A DNA stretch of 64,000 nt from Candidatus Rokuibacteriota bacterium (GTDB taxonomy: Bacteria; Methylomirabilota; Methylomirabilia; Rokubacteriales; DASRDR01): assembly GCA_044867785.1 (NCBI GenBank), contig JBIOVM010000195.1, positions 10,506 to 74,505 of the forward strand. The letters are read 5' to 3'. Below, piece after piece: positions 48,994 through 59,062 of the stretch. The number at the start of each line of letters is the position of its first letter. Within the stretch, counting starts at the first letter, position 1. The translations under genes were made by a program, and so were the position numbers. The notes beneath the pieces were generated by a model. The model did not search any database. It saw nothing but the letters and a program-made list of their open reading frames with translations, and was not told the origin of the DNA.

Positions 48994-50574
48994 ATGCGGC
49001 GAGGAACGCGGTGCGGTCGAGTGGTGGCAACTTTCCTGCTCGTTGGCTTGCTCGCCGGGCTCGCCCTGGCAGCGCCCGCGGCGGCAGCGCCGACGGGGAC
49101 GGTCACCTTCGCGATCCCCTCGGAGCCCCCGACCGTCGACCCGGCCATCGAGGTGGCCGGGCCCGGGTATCGGGTGCTGCTCCAGCTCTACGAGGGCCTG
49201 CTCGAGTACAAGGGGAACACGACCGAGCTCGGGCCGGCGCTGGCGCAATCGTGGAGGGTCGCCCCCGACGGCACGTGGATCGAGCTGAAGCTCCGCCCCA
49301 ACGCGAAGTTCCACGACGGGTCGACGCTCGACGCCGACACGGTGAAGGCGTCCATCGACCGGACGAAGGCGGTCAACCGCGGCGGCGCCTTCTTCCTGAC
49401 GACGCTCAAGGAGGTCCAAGTCGTCGACCCGATGACGGTCCGCCTCGTCGCGACCCAGCCCTCGGTCTCGCTCCTCTACGGCCTGCCCAAGGTGTTCATC
49501 ACGGGGAAGGCGCGCCTCGCCGACCCCGATCGCGGCGCGGCGTTCTTCGCGACCGGCGGCAACGGCACCGGGCCCTACCGCCTGACCCGGTGGGAGAAGG
49601 GCCAGCAGATCGTGCTCGACCACTTCCCGGACTACTGGCGCGGATGGGCGGGGAACCACGCCGCCCAGGTCATGCAGCGCGTGGTTCCGGCGGCGGGCAC
49701 CCAGCAGCTCCTGCTGGAGCGCGGCGATGCGCACCTCGTCGTGCTCGCCTCCATCGGCATCACCCAGGACCCGAAGGAGCTGGCGGCGAAGCCGGGCGTG
49801 AAGATGGTGGAGAGCCCGGCGTTCCGGGTCACGGTCATCTCCATGAACACGCAGAAAGGGCCGCTCAAGGACGTCCGGCTCCGCAAGGCGCTCCAGGCCG
49901 CCTTCGACTACGAGGGCATGGTGCAGGTGTACAAGGGCTACGCCGAGGTGCCGAACAGCCCCATCCCCAAGGGCTTCACGGCGGCGTACGATGCGAGCCT
50001 CCCGCCGTTCAAGCGGGACATGGCGCAGGCGAAGCGGCTCCTCGCCGAGGCCGGCTACCAGGGGAAGCCCCTCACCCTCTCCTTCATCTATACGGAGACG
50101 GAGCCGCAGGCGCGCCTGGCCGGCCTTCTCATGCAGCAGTCGGTCCAGGAGCTCGGGATCACGGTGAACCTCGAGGGGAAGCCCTTCGCCACACTGGCCG
50201 CGCAGATCGCGAACCTCGAGACCGCGCCGGACATCCAGGCGACGCTGACGATGACGCCGCGGTCGGCCGATCCCGGCGAGCTCCTGCGGACGCTCTACCT
50301 GGGCGCCAATGCCGGGAAGTCCTTCAACTACTCGTGGTACGCGAGCGCCGACGTGGACCGCCTCCTCGGCGAGGCGGACCGGACCTTCGACGACGGCAAG
50401 CGCATGGCGCTGTACCGCGAGGTCGCGCGGAAGCTCATCGACGACGCGCCCTCGATCTGGGCGGCGTATCCGAAGCTCGTCGAGGTGATGCGCAACGACG
50501 TCCAGGGTTACATCTACAGTCCGCTGAACTACAGCGGGATCTTTCCCTTCTATCCGATCTGGCTCCGGCGCTAG
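48994..50574 (+). CDS. ABC substrate-binding protein, family 5 (Dpp/Opp/Nik type)
   Basis: Signal peptide. ATG with a GAGGGAG RBS. SBP_bac_5 profile. Confidence 0.8.
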   Translation: MRRGTRCGRVVATFLLVGLLAGLALAAPAAAAPTGTVTFAIPSEPPTVDPAIEVAGPGYRVLLQLYEGLLEYKGNTTELGPALAQSWRVAPDGTWIELKLRPNAKFHDGSTLDADTVKASIDRTKAVNRGGAFFLTTLKEVQVVDPMTVRLVATQPSVSLLYGLPKVFITGKARLADPDRGAAFFATGGNGTGPYRLTRWEKGQQIVLDHFPDYWRGWAGNHAAQVMQRVVPAAGTQQLLLERGDAHLVVLASIGITQDPKELAAKPGVKMVESPAFRVTVISMNTQKGPLKDVRLRKALQAAFDYEGMVQVYKGYAEVPNSPIPKGFTAAYDASLPPFKRDMAQAKRLLAEAGYQGKPLTLSFIYTETEPQARLAGLLMQQSVQELGITVNLEGKPFATLAAQIANLETAPDIQATLTMTPRSADPGELLRTLYLGANAGKSFNYSWYASADVDRLLGEADRTFDDGKRMALYREVARKLIDDAPSIWAAYPKLVEVMRNDVQGYIYSPLNYSGIFPFYPIWLRR

Positions 50575-50619
50575 GGACGGCCTCCCTGTCGTCGTCGCCG
50601 GCCGGGCGGCGGGCGGGCG

Positions 50620-51636
50620 ATGTCGCTGACGGCGTTCCTGGTCCGGCGCCTCTCCGGCGTGGCCCTGGTGATCGTCGGGATCACCCTGGTCACGTTCGTC
50701 ACGCTGCACATCTTCCCGGCCGATCCGGCCCGGCTTCTCGCCGGACCGGGCGCCGACGAGGGCCAGATCCACGCCATCCGGCAGGACCTCGGCCTGGACC
50801 GGCCGCTGCCCGTCCAGTACGCCCGTTACCTCCGCGATCTCCTCCACGGGAACCTCGGCCGCTCGATCCAGACCGGGCAGCCCGTCGCCGACGACCTCGC
50901 GAAGCGGCTGCCGGCGACGCTCGAGCTGGCGGTCGTCACGATGCTCGTGTACATCGGGCTCTCCGTCCCGCTCGGGATCCTCGCCGCGGTGACCCGCGGG
51001 CGGTGGCCGGACCTCCTGATTCGCCTCGTCGCCGTCGGCGGCCTGGCCGTCCCGCCGTTCTGGCTGGGCTTCCTCCTCCAGCTCATCCTCTACCGCGAGC
51101 TGGGCTGGCTCCAGCAGGCGGTCGGGCGCATCGCCCCGAGCCTCCCGCCGCCCCCGCTCGTCACCGGCTTCTACCTCCTCGACGCCCCGCTGGCGGGCGA
51201 CTGGCCGGCCCTCCGGAGCGCGGTCGTCCAGCTGATCATGCCGGTGACGTGCCTGGTGGTTTCGCGCCTGGGCGTCGGCGTCAAGCTCACGCGGACGAGC
51301 ATGCTGGAGGTGATCGGGTCCGACTACGTGCGGACGGCGCGGGCCAAGGGGCTCGCCGAGCGGGCCGTGCTCGCGCGGCACGCGCTCCGGAACGCGCTGA
51401 TGCCCGTCGTCACGGCGTTCGGCGTGCAGCTCGGGTACCTGCTCGGCGGCACGCTCGTCGTGGAGGTGGTGTTCGGCTGGCCCGGTATCGGCCAGTACGC
51501 CATCGGGTCCATCACCGCGGTCGACTTCCCGGCCATCATGAGCGTCACCGTCGTGATCTCGGTGTTCTTCGTGCTCGCCAACCTCGTCGTCGACGTCCTG
51601 TACCTCTACCTCGACCCGCGGCTGCGGAGCGCCTGA
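50620..51636 (+). CDS. ABC permease (DppB/OppB type)
   Basis: N-terminal LVRRLSGVALVI helix and YVRTARAKGL motif. Confidence 0.85.
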   Translation: MSLTAFLVRRLSGVALVIVGITLVTFVTLHIFPADPARLLAGPGADEGQIHAIRQDLGLDRPLPVQYARYLRDLLHGNLGRSIQTGQPVADDLAKRLPATLELAVVTMLVYIGLSVPLGILAAVTRGRWPDLLIRLVAVGGLAVPPFWLGFLLQLILYRELGWLQQAVGRIAPSLPPPPLVTGFYLLDAPLAGDWPALRSAVVQLIMPVTCLVVSRLGVGVKLTRTSMLEVIGSDYVRTARAKGLAERAVLARHALRNALMPVVTAFGVQLGYLLGGTLVVEVVFGWPGIGQYAIGSITAVDFPAIMSVTVVISVFFVLANLVVDVLYLYLDPRLRSA

Positions 51637-51637
51637 G

Positions 51638-52456
51638 ATGGCCGGGCCGGCGCAGCGCGCGCTGTGGGGCTGGGGAGGCGCGACCGCGGTCATCCTGGCC
51701 CTCGTCGCCCTCGCCCCGGCCCTCTCGCGCCACGACCCCAACCGGATGAACATCGCGCTCGCCCTCCGACCGCCCTCGGCCGTCCACTGGTTCGGCACCG
51801 ACGAGGCCGGACGGGACATCCTGAGCCGGGTGCTCCACGGGGGCCGCGAGTCGATCACCGCCGCCCTGGTGGTCATCCTGGCGGCCCTCCTCATCGGGAT
51901 CGTGGTCGGCGCGCTGTCGGGCTGGTGGCGGGGCGCGGTCGACGAGGTGCTGATGCGCGCGACCGATCTGTTCTTCGCCTTCCCGCCCCTGGTCCTGGCG
52001 ATGGCCATCACGGCCGCGCTCGGGCCGAGCCTTACGAACGCCGTGATCGCGGCCATCGTCGTGTGGTGGCCCACGTACGCGCGGCTGGTCCGGGCGGAGG
52101 TGCTGCGCGTGCGGGAGAACCTCTACGTCGAGGCCGGACGCGCCCTGGGGCTCTCCGACGGCCGCCTGGTGCTCCGCCACGTGTTGCCCCAGACGTGGGG
52201 CGTGCTCAACGCCCGCGCGACGGTGGACGTCGGCTACACGATCCTGTTCATCGCCACGCTGGGCTTCGTCGGTCTCGGCTCCAAGCCCCCGACGGCCGAG
52301 TGGGGCGCCATGATCGCCGGCGCGCGCACGTACTTTCTCGACTCCTGGTGGACGATGACGTTCCCGGGCCTGGCCCTGTTCGTGACCGTGATCTGCCTGA
52401 GCCTCCTGGGCGACGCCATCAACGACACCGTCGGCCTCCGGGGCCGGAGGCTCTGA
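51638..52456 (+). CDS. ABC permease (DppC/OppC type)
   Basis: GTDEAGRDILSR and YVEAGRALG motifs. Confidence 0.85.
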   Translation: MAGPAQRALWGWGGATAVILALVALAPALSRHDPNRMNIALALRPPSAVHWFGTDEAGRDILSRVLHGGRESITAALVVILAALLIGIVVGALSGWWRGAVDEVLMRATDLFFAFPPLVLAMAITAALGPSLTNAVIAAIVVWWPTYARLVRAEVLRVRENLYVEAGRALGLSDGRLVLRHVLPQTWGVLNARATVDVGYTILFIATLGFVGLGSKPPTAEWGAMIAGARTYFLDSWWTMTFPGLALFVTVICLSLLGDAINDTVGLRGRRL

Positions 52457-52476
52457 CGGACGGAGGAAAGAAGACC

Positions 52477-53007
52477 ATGGCGCGCGTGCGCGACGTCGAC
52501 CCGTGGCCCCACATCACCCGCGTGGCCGAGGCCCTCATGCAGGCGGGGCAGCCGCAGGCGCTGTTCCTGGCCCTGGACCGGGCGATGGGCGCCACCCTCG
52601 GGCATCGGCTGTTCACCGTCCTGCGCTACCACCCGGAGGCCCAGGAGACCGAGCGGCTCTACACGAGCCAGGGGGCCGCGTACCCCGTGGGTGGGCGGAA
52701 GGCGGTGCGGCCCACCCCGGCCACCGCGTGCCTCTTCGGGGAGCGGCGGCCCTACATCGGGCGGACGGCGGCGGACATCCGCGCGTCGTTCGGCGACGCC
52801 GAGCTGATCCTCTCGCTCGGGTGCGAGTCGGTCCTGAACCTGCCCGTGGTCTTCGACGGCCGCATTCTCGGGACGGTGAACCTACTGCACGCGGCCGGCT
52901 GGTACGACGCGGGCGACGTGCCGCTCGGGCTGACCTTCGCCGCGCTGGCGGTCCCGGGCTACCTGGCAGCGGCGAGGGCAAGCTCAGTCCCGACGACACC
53001 GCGGTAA
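52477..53007 (+). CDS. GAF-domain protein
   Basis: ATG with a GGAGGAAAG RBS. Single GAF-like fold (LNLPVVFDGRILGTVNLLH). The tracked ORF start at 51664 is an upstream artefact. Confidence 0.55.
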   Translation: MARVRDVDPWPHITRVAEALMQAGQPQALFLALDRAMGATLGHRLFTVLRYHPEAQETERLYTSQGAAYPVGGRKAVRPTPATACLFGERRPYIGRTAADIRASFGDAELILSLGCESVLNLPVVFDGRILGTVNLLHAAGWYDAGDVPLGLTFAALAVPGYLAAARASSVPTTPR

Positions 53008-53040
53008 CCTGCCGGAGCCTCGCACCTGGCTCGCGGCACC

Positions 53041-54279
53041 CTACAGCCGCTGCCGGTAGACGGCGCCGCCCTTCATCACGAGGTGAAGGCGCTCCGGATC
53101 CTGGAAGAGGCGAAGGTCGTCGAGCGGGTTGCCGGCGACCGCGATGAGGTCGGCCTCCTTGCCGGGCTCCACGGTGCCGATCCGGTCGTCGAGGCGGAGC
53201 AGCTCGGCGTTGACGCGGGTCGCCGAGAGGAGCACCTCCATCGGCGTCATGACCTGGCCCTTGAGCTCGAGCTCGAGCGGGCGATGGACCGCCATGTCTC
53301 CGAGGAGATCGGAGCCCGAGCCGATCCTGCAGCCCGCCCGGTACGCGTGGGTGAGGCCCTCCACGCTCCGGTCCCGGGCCTGCTGGATCTTCCGCAGCTG
53401 GAGCGCGCCAATGCCGTAGCGGGCCCCCTCGCGCGCGATCGCCTCGTAGGTGGCCATCGTCGGGACGAGGTAGGCGCCGGCGTCCCGGATGGCGCGCGCG
53501 GCGTCGGCGTCAATGAGGTTCCCGTGCTCGATGGAGCGCACGCCCGCCTCCAGCGCGCGCCGCACCGCCGCGGCCGAGTAGGCGTGCGCCAGGACGTACG
53601 TCCCGGCGGCGTGCGCCTCCTCCACCGCGGCGCGCAGCTCCTCCACGCTGTACTGGGTGGCATCGAGCGCGTCGCCCGGGGACATCGCCCCGCCCGAGGC
53701 CATGACCTTGATCTGGTCGACGCCATGGCGGAGCTGCTCGCGGACGGCCCGCCGGACCTCGTCCGCCCCGTCCGCGATGACGGCGAGCATGCCGATGTCG
53801 CCGTCGAGTGGGGCGATCCACTCCGCCGGCCGGCGCTTGTCGCCGTGACCGCCCGTCTGCGACAGGACGCGCCCGGAGACGAGCAGCCGGGGGCCGGGGT
53901 AGAGCCCCGAGGCCACCGCCTCGCGCAGCCCGTAGTCGGCGCCGCCCGCGTCACGGACGGTGGTGAAGCCCTGGGCGAGGCACTGCTCGATGCGCCGGAG
54001 CGCCTTGGCCACGATCAGGCTCGGCGGGTGGACCCGGTGCTGCTCGGCGGTGTTGCCGTCGACGGCCGCGACGTGCACGTGGGCGTCGATCAGCCCCGGC
54101 AGGAGGGTGCGACCCCGGAGGTCGAGCGTCGTCACGCTGCCCGCGAGCGGCCCGACGCCGCCGGGCGCGACGACGTCCTTGATGAGGTGGCCCTCGACCA
54201 CCACCGCCGCGCCCTCCACGGGCTCGCGCCCGGTGCCGTCGATCAGCAGCGCGTGGGTCAAGAGCACGATGCCCGCCAC
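53041..54279 (-). CDS. metal-dependent amidohydrolase
   Basis: PGLIDAHVHV start and the carbamylated-Lys region (IKVMASGG); amidohydrolase superfamily. Confidence 0.8.
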   Translation of the reverse strand: MAGIVLLTHALLIDGTGREPVEGAAVVVEGHLIKDVVAPGGVGPLAGSVTTLDLRGRTLLPGLIDAHVHVAAVDGNTAEQHRVHPPSLIVAKALRRIEQCLAQGFTTVRDAGGADYGLREAVASGLYPGPRLLVSGRVLSQTGGHGDKRRPAEWIAPLDGDIGMLAVIADGADEVRRAVREQLRHGVDQIKVMASGGAMSPGDALDATQYSVEELRAAVEEAHAAGTYVLAHAYSAAAVRRALEAGVRSIEHGNLIDADAARAIRDAGAYLVPTMATYEAIAREGARYGIGALQLRKIQQARDRSVEGLTHAYRAGCRIGSGSDLLGDMAVHRPLELELKGQVMTPMEVLLSATRVNAELLRLDDRIGTVEPGKEADLIAVAGNPLDDLRLFQDPERLHLVMKGGAVYRQRL

Positions 54280-54416
54280 GAGAAGGCCTCCTGTCCGGAC
54301 GCGGCGCGGGGGCGACGCGACGCGGGGATTCTAGCAATCGCCGCGCGGGCGCGCGAGACGGCCCCGGACCGACCGCCCGTGTAGAATTGGGCGGCGCCGA
54401 GACAAGGAGAAGGGCG

Positions 54417-55343
54417 ATGTCGGACTGGACGCTCACACGGATCCCGCTCACCGTGCTCGCCAGCGGCGCCGAGGTCGCGCTCGTGGTCCACGAGCTGGTC
54501 GGGCGGCGCGGGGCCGGGCCCACGCTCGGCCTGTCGGCCGCGATCCACGGAGACGAGGCGGTGGGCGTCGAGATCCTCTATCACCTCCGGCAGCGCCTCG
54601 ATCCGGGCGTCCTGCGCGGCCGAGTCCTCCTACTGCCGTGCGCGAACCCGCTCGCCTATCAGGCGAACACGCGGAACACGCCGCTCGACATGACGAACCT
54701 CAACCGGGTCTTCCCCGGCGACCCGGCTGGCTGGTTCACCGAGCACCTCGCCGACACGATCACCCGGCGCTTCCTGCTGGAGCTCGACGCCTACGTGGAC
54801 CTCCACGCGGGCGGCGCCTACCCGACGGTGGACTACGTGTACGTGTTCACCGACGAGCGGCTGTCGCGGAGCTTCGGCTCGCGCTTCCTCTATCGCCCCA
54901 CCCAACCCTTCGCGGGCACCGCGGCGGGGGTCGTGGCCGAGCGCGGCCGGCCCGCCATGGTGGTCGAGCTGGGCGGCGGCGACGTGGATCAGGGCGAGTA
55001 CGTCGCGCGCGGTGTCCAGGGCCTCCTCAACGTGATCCAGGCGCTCGAGATGCTGCCGGGTACGCCGCCGCCTCCGCCCGCGCAGCTGGTCCTGACGGAG
55101 CTCGCGACGATTCGGCCGCGCGCCGGCGGGCTGCTCCTGCCGGCCGTGACGGAGCTCGGACGCGAGCTGGGCCCGGAGACCGTGCTCGGGCGGGTGGTCC
55201 ATCCCCAGACCTTCGCGGAGCTCGAGGTCATCCGCACGCCCTACCGCCGGAACGTGACCATCCTGGTCCACCGCACGGCCGACGTGGTCGAGCCCGGCAG
55301 CTACGGGTACATGATCGGGAACCTGGAGAGCGCCGGAGAGTAG
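54417..55343 (+). CDS. succinylglutamate desuccinylase/aspartoacylase (AstE/AspA) family deacylase
   Basis: Zn ligands in AAIHGDE, and HAG. ATG 54417 with an AAGGAGAAGGG RBS. Confidence 0.7.
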   Translation: MSDWTLTRIPLTVLASGAEVALVVHELVGRRGAGPTLGLSAAIHGDEAVGVEILYHLRQRLDPGVLRGRVLLLPCANPLAYQANTRNTPLDMTNLNRVFPGDPAGWFTEHLADTITRRFLLELDAYVDLHAGGAYPTVDYVYVFTDERLSRSFGSRFLYRPTQPFAGTAAGVVAERGRPAMVVELGGGDVDQGEYVARGVQGLLNVIQALEMLPGTPPPPPAQLVLTELATIRPRAGGLLLPAVTELGRELGPETVLGRVVHPQTFAELEVIRTPYRRNVTILVHRTADVVEPGSYGYMIGNLESAGE

Positions 55344-55517
55344 CCACGGCGAGCCGCCGTGGCTGCTCGCGGCTCCGCGCTGTGCCGGCCCGCACCCTGC
55401 GCGAGGCGGGCGCCCCGGCCGAGGCTTCCGAGAGCCACTGAGGTACACTGGCGATCGTTCCGGTGGCGCACCGTCCCGGGTGCGCCGCCTCAGGGCGACA
55501 GCGCCGGACCGAGGGAG

Positions 55518-57128
55518 ATGGCCATGCAGACGGTGGAGCGGATGCGGAGACGGCTCGGTCGAGCACTCGTCGTGGTGGGAGCGAGCGCGGCGCTCGTGGC
55601 GGCGGCCGCGGTCGTCGGCATCCAGGCCGACGCCCAAGGGCCGAAGCGTGGCGGCCGCGCCCTCGTCGTGTCGCCCCAGGAGCCGCGGACCCTCCTCCCG
55701 CACCTGGACCTCCTCACGCTCTCGCGCGAGGTCCAGCGCCTCGTCTTCGACGGTCTGCTGACGCTCGACGACAAGGGCGCCTACGTGCCCCGGCTGGCCG
55801 TGGAGGTCCCCACCGTGGACAACGGCGGCGTCAGCCCGGACGCGCGCGTCTACACCTTCAAGCTCCGGCGCGGCGTCACCTGGCAGGACGGCCAGCCGTT
55901 CACCGCGGCCGACGTCGAGTTCACCTGGAAGCTGATCACGGACGCGAAGATCCCGGTGCCGAGCCGGCTCGTCTGGGCGGACATCCAGCGCGTCGAGACG
56001 CCGGACCCGCATACCGTGCGCTTCCACTTCGCGAAGCCGATGCTCGCCTTCCTCGGCACGGTGGCTTCGGACCGTGGGTACATCGTCCCGCGCCACCTCC
56101 TCGAGGGGAAGGACGTCCCGGCGTCCGAGCTGAACCGGAAGCCGGTCGGCACGGGGCCCTTCGTCGTGAAGGAGTGGGCAGCGGGCAGCCACGTGCTGCT
56201 CGGCCGCAACGCCGGGTACTGGGATGCCGGCAAGCCCTACCTCGACGAGGTCCTGGTCCGGATCGTCCCGGGCACCGCCGGCCAGCGGGCGGCCCGCGAG
56301 CGGCAGGAGGTGGACCTCGAACTCCACGTCCCGACCGCCGACGCGGCGGCGGTCCGGGCGCTGCCCGACTACCGGCTCGTCAGCGCTCCGACCTATGCCT
56401 GGTGGCACTTCTGGCTGAACAACGAGGACCCGATCCTGCGCGACCGCCTCGTGCGCCAGGCGCTGGCCCACGGGCTCGACCGCGCGGGAATCACCGGGAC
56501 GATCATGGGCGGGCTCGTTCAACCGCTCCACGCGGCGCTCCCACCGGCGCACTGGGCCCACAACCCCCGGGTCCGCGCGTACGCCTACGACCCGGCCCGC
56601 GCCGCGGCGCTCCTCGACGAGGCCGGATGGAAGCCGGGAGCGGGCAGCGTCCGCCAGAAGGACGGCCAGCCGCTCGTCGTCGAGGTCCTGAACATCTCGG
56701 GCGAGGCCGAGCGCCTCCAGGTCGTCCAGGTGGTCCAGGCCGGCTGGCGTCAGCTCGGCATCGACGCCCGGATCAAGAACATCGACGCGCCGGCCTTCCC
56801 ACCCACCATGAACAAGGGCGAGTACCAGGCCGCGTACGGCTGGTTCGGCGAGGAGCCGGAGCCGATCTTCAACCTCTGGCTCGGGACGAACTGGCAGCGC
56901 TACCGCAACGAGTCGGCGCTCGAGCTCCTGCGCCAGGTGGTCGTGACGCCGGCCCGCGCGAAGCGCGTCGAGCTGATCCGAGCGTTCCAGGCCCAGGCCG
57001 CCGAGGACGTCCCCACCCTGCCGCTGGCGCCGCGCGTCCTCCTGAACGCGGCTCACAAGCGCCTGCACGGGTACGCGCCGAGTCCCGCGGGCAGTCTGTG
57101 GAACGCCGCCGAGTGGACGCGGGACTGA
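55518..57128 (+). CDS. ABC substrate-binding protein, family 5
   Basis: Signal peptide and SBP_bac_5 profile. Confidence 0.8.
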   Translation: MAMQTVERMRRRLGRALVVVGASAALVAAAAVVGIQADAQGPKRGGRALVVSPQEPRTLLPHLDLLTLSREVQRLVFDGLLTLDDKGAYVPRLAVEVPTVDNGGVSPDARVYTFKLRRGVTWQDGQPFTAADVEFTWKLITDAKIPVPSRLVWADIQRVETPDPHTVRFHFAKPMLAFLGTVASDRGYIVPRHLLEGKDVPASELNRKPVGTGPFVVKEWAAGSHVLLGRNAGYWDAGKPYLDEVLVRIVPGTAGQRAARERQEVDLELHVPTADAAAVRALPDYRLVSAPTYAWWHFWLNNEDPILRDRLVRQALAHGLDRAGITGTIMGGLVQPLHAALPPAHWAHNPRVRAYAYDPARAAALLDEAGWKPGAGSVRQKDGQPLVVEVLNISGEAERLQVVQVVQAGWRQLGIDARIKNIDAPAFPPTMNKGEYQAAYGWFGEEPEPIFNLWLGTNWQRYRNESALELLRQVVVTPARAKRVELIRAFQAQAAEDVPTLPLAPRVLLNAAHKRLHGYAPSPAGSLWNAAEWTRD

Positions 57129-57166
57129 GGGTTCTCGCCCGTCCGACCGACGCGTGAGGTGAGCGG

Positions 57167-58129
57167 CTGCGCTACGTCGGGAGGCGCGCCCTCGAGGCGG
57201 CCGCTCGCCTCTTCCTGATCTCGTTCCTCCTCTTCCTCGTCCTCCAGATCCCGCCCGGCGGGCCCGCCGACGTCTTCGGGGCCGATCCCTCGGTGTCGCC
57301 CGACGCGGTCGCCCGCATTCGAGCCCTGTGGGGGCTCGACGAGCCGCTGCTCGTCCAGTACGGCGTCTGGCTCCGACGCGCCCTCACCGGAAACTGGGGC
57401 CAGTCCTTCAGCGAGCGCCGCCCGGTGCTCGAGGTGGTGTGGGAGCGCCTGCCCGCGACCCTTCTGCTGACGGGCGCGGCGCTCGCCCTCTCGCTGGTGG
57501 CCGGGCTCGGTCTCGGCGCGGCGGGCGCGGTCATCCGGCATCGCGGCTGGCAGTCACTCGTCCAGGCGCTCGCCGTCGTCGGGATGAGCGTGCCCACCTT
57601 CTGGAGCGGGATGCTGGTCCTCCTTTTCTTCTCCGCGCGCCTCGGCTGGCTGCCCTCGGGCGGCATGGCGACGATCGGCGGCGCCTTCTCGGTGGCGGAC
57701 CGCGCGTGGCACCTCGCCGGGCCCGCCCTGGTCCTCGGCTCGGTGTATCTCGCCCAGTGGACGCGCTACGTCCAGTCGGGGCTCGCGGAGGTCCTCCGCG
57801 AGGACTACGTCCGGACGGGACGGGCGAAGGGGCTCGGCGGCGTCGCGCTGCTCCTCCGCCACGCCCTGCCCAATGCGGCGATCCCGCTCGTCACGGTGAT
57901 CGGCCTCGAGGCGCCGCGCCTCCTCGCCGGGGCCATGGTCACCGAGGTGGTCTTCGCGTGGCCCGGGCTGGGTCGCCTCCTCACCCAGAGTCTCCTCGGA
58001 CGCGACTACCCCGTCGCGATGGGAACCCTGATGCTGCTGGCCGTCGCGGTGGTCATGACGAACCTCCTCACCGACCTGGCGTACCGCTTCCTCGATCCGC
58101 GGGTCCGGCTCATCGCGGAGCCCTCGTGA
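57167..58129 (+). CDS. ABC permease (DppB type); no canonical start codon in frame
   Basis: Typical DppB N-terminus LRYVGRRALEAAARLFLISFLLF is encoded from 57158. The only in-frame start candidate after the stop at 57155 is CTG 57167. The ORF track starts at an internal GTG (57293). Confidence 0.6.
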   Translation: MRYVGRRALEAAARLFLISFLLFLVLQIPPGGPADVFGADPSVSPDAVARIRALWGLDEPLLVQYGVWLRRALTGNWGQSFSERRPVLEVVWERLPATLLLTGAALALSLVAGLGLGAAGAVIRHRGWQSLVQALAVVGMSVPTFWSGMLVLLFFSARLGWLPSGGMATIGGAFSVADRAWHLAGPALVLGSVYLAQWTRYVQSGLAEVLREDYVRTGRAKGLGGVALLLRHALPNAAIPLVTVIGLEAPRLLAGAMVTEVVFAWPGLGRLLTQSLLGRDYPVAMGTLMLLAVAVVMTNLLTDLAYRFLDPRVRLIAEPS

Positions 58130-58962
58130 CGCGCGTGAGGCGGCTCGGGCGTCACGGCGTGGTCGTCGCGACGGCCGCCTGTCTCGGCCTGATGGCCGCG
58201 GCCGCCCTCGCGGCGCCGTGGCTCGCTTCCCGCCCTCCCGATGCCGTCGACCTTCGCGCCGTCCTCCGTCCACCGGGCGCGGCGGGCTGGCTCGGGACCG
58301 ACGACATCGGCCGCGACGTCCTGAGCCGATTGCTCCACGCAGGTCGCGCAACGCTCGCGCTCGGGGTCGGGGTCGCCGTCGTGTCGATCGGCCTGGGCGG
58401 CGTTCTTGGCGCCCTCGCCGGCTACCGGCGGGGATGGGTCGACACCGTGGTCTCGGCGGCCGTCGACGCCCTCCTGTCGCTGCCGCCGCTCGCCCTCGCG
58501 ATGGTCGTCGCCGCGTTCCTCCAGCTCACGCCCCTGCGCCTGGTCCTCGTCCTCGCGGTGTTGTCCTGGACGACCGTCGCGCGGCTCGTCCGCGGGCAAG
58601 TGTTGAGTCTCGCCGAGCGGCCGTACGTCGAGGCCGCGCGTGCGCTCGGCGCCTCGCACGGCCGGGTGCTCGCCCGCCACCTCGCGCCGAACCTCCTCGC
58701 CCCGATCTTCGTCGCCGGGACGCTCATCGTAGCCAACGCCATCCTGGTCGAGTCGGCGCTGTCGTTCCTGGGCTTCGGGCTGCCGCCGCCAACCGCGACG
58801 TGGGGCGGCATGCTCCACGCGGCCCAGGTCCACTTCGCCGAGGCGCCATGGCTCGGGATCTTCCCGGGACTCGCGATCCTGACGGCGGTGGCCAGCATCA
58901 ACTTCCTGGGCGACGGACTCCAGGAGGCGCTGGATCCCCGACTCCGTCGCGAAGCGCGGTAG
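58126..58962 (+). CDS. ABC permease (DppC type)
   Basis: GTDDIGRDVLSR and YVEAARALG motifs. GTG 58126 overlaps the upstream stop. Confidence 0.8.
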   Translation: MTRVRRLGRHGVVVATAACLGLMAAAALAAPWLASRPPDAVDLRAVLRPPGAAGWLGTDDIGRDVLSRLLHAGRATLALGVGVAVVSIGLGGVLGALAGYRRGWVDTVVSAAVDALLSLPPLALAMVVAAFLQLTPLRLVLVLAVLSWTTVARLVRGQVLSLAERPYVEAARALGASHGRVLARHLAPNLLAPIFVAGTLIVANAILVESALSFLGFGLPPPTATWGGMLHAAQVHFAEAPWLGIFPGLAILTAVASINFLGDGLQEALDPRLRREAR

Positions 58963-59062
58963 ACTGGGCGCTGGGGTCAGACTTTGCCTTCGGGACAAAG
59001 TCGCGCCGGACCCTCCCGGAAATGCTCGCACGGCGAAGTCCGACCCGGGGAGGAGGCTGACG

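Noticed and set aside
46723-52074. 1783-aa minus-strand ORF, the largest in the six-frame track
   Set aside because: Only its last 307 codons (the LLM oxidoreductase) look like protein. The remainder is Arg/Pro/Gly-rich and lies antisense to well-supported plus-strand genes (M24 peptidase, SBP, permeases). It is a high-GC open-frame artefact.
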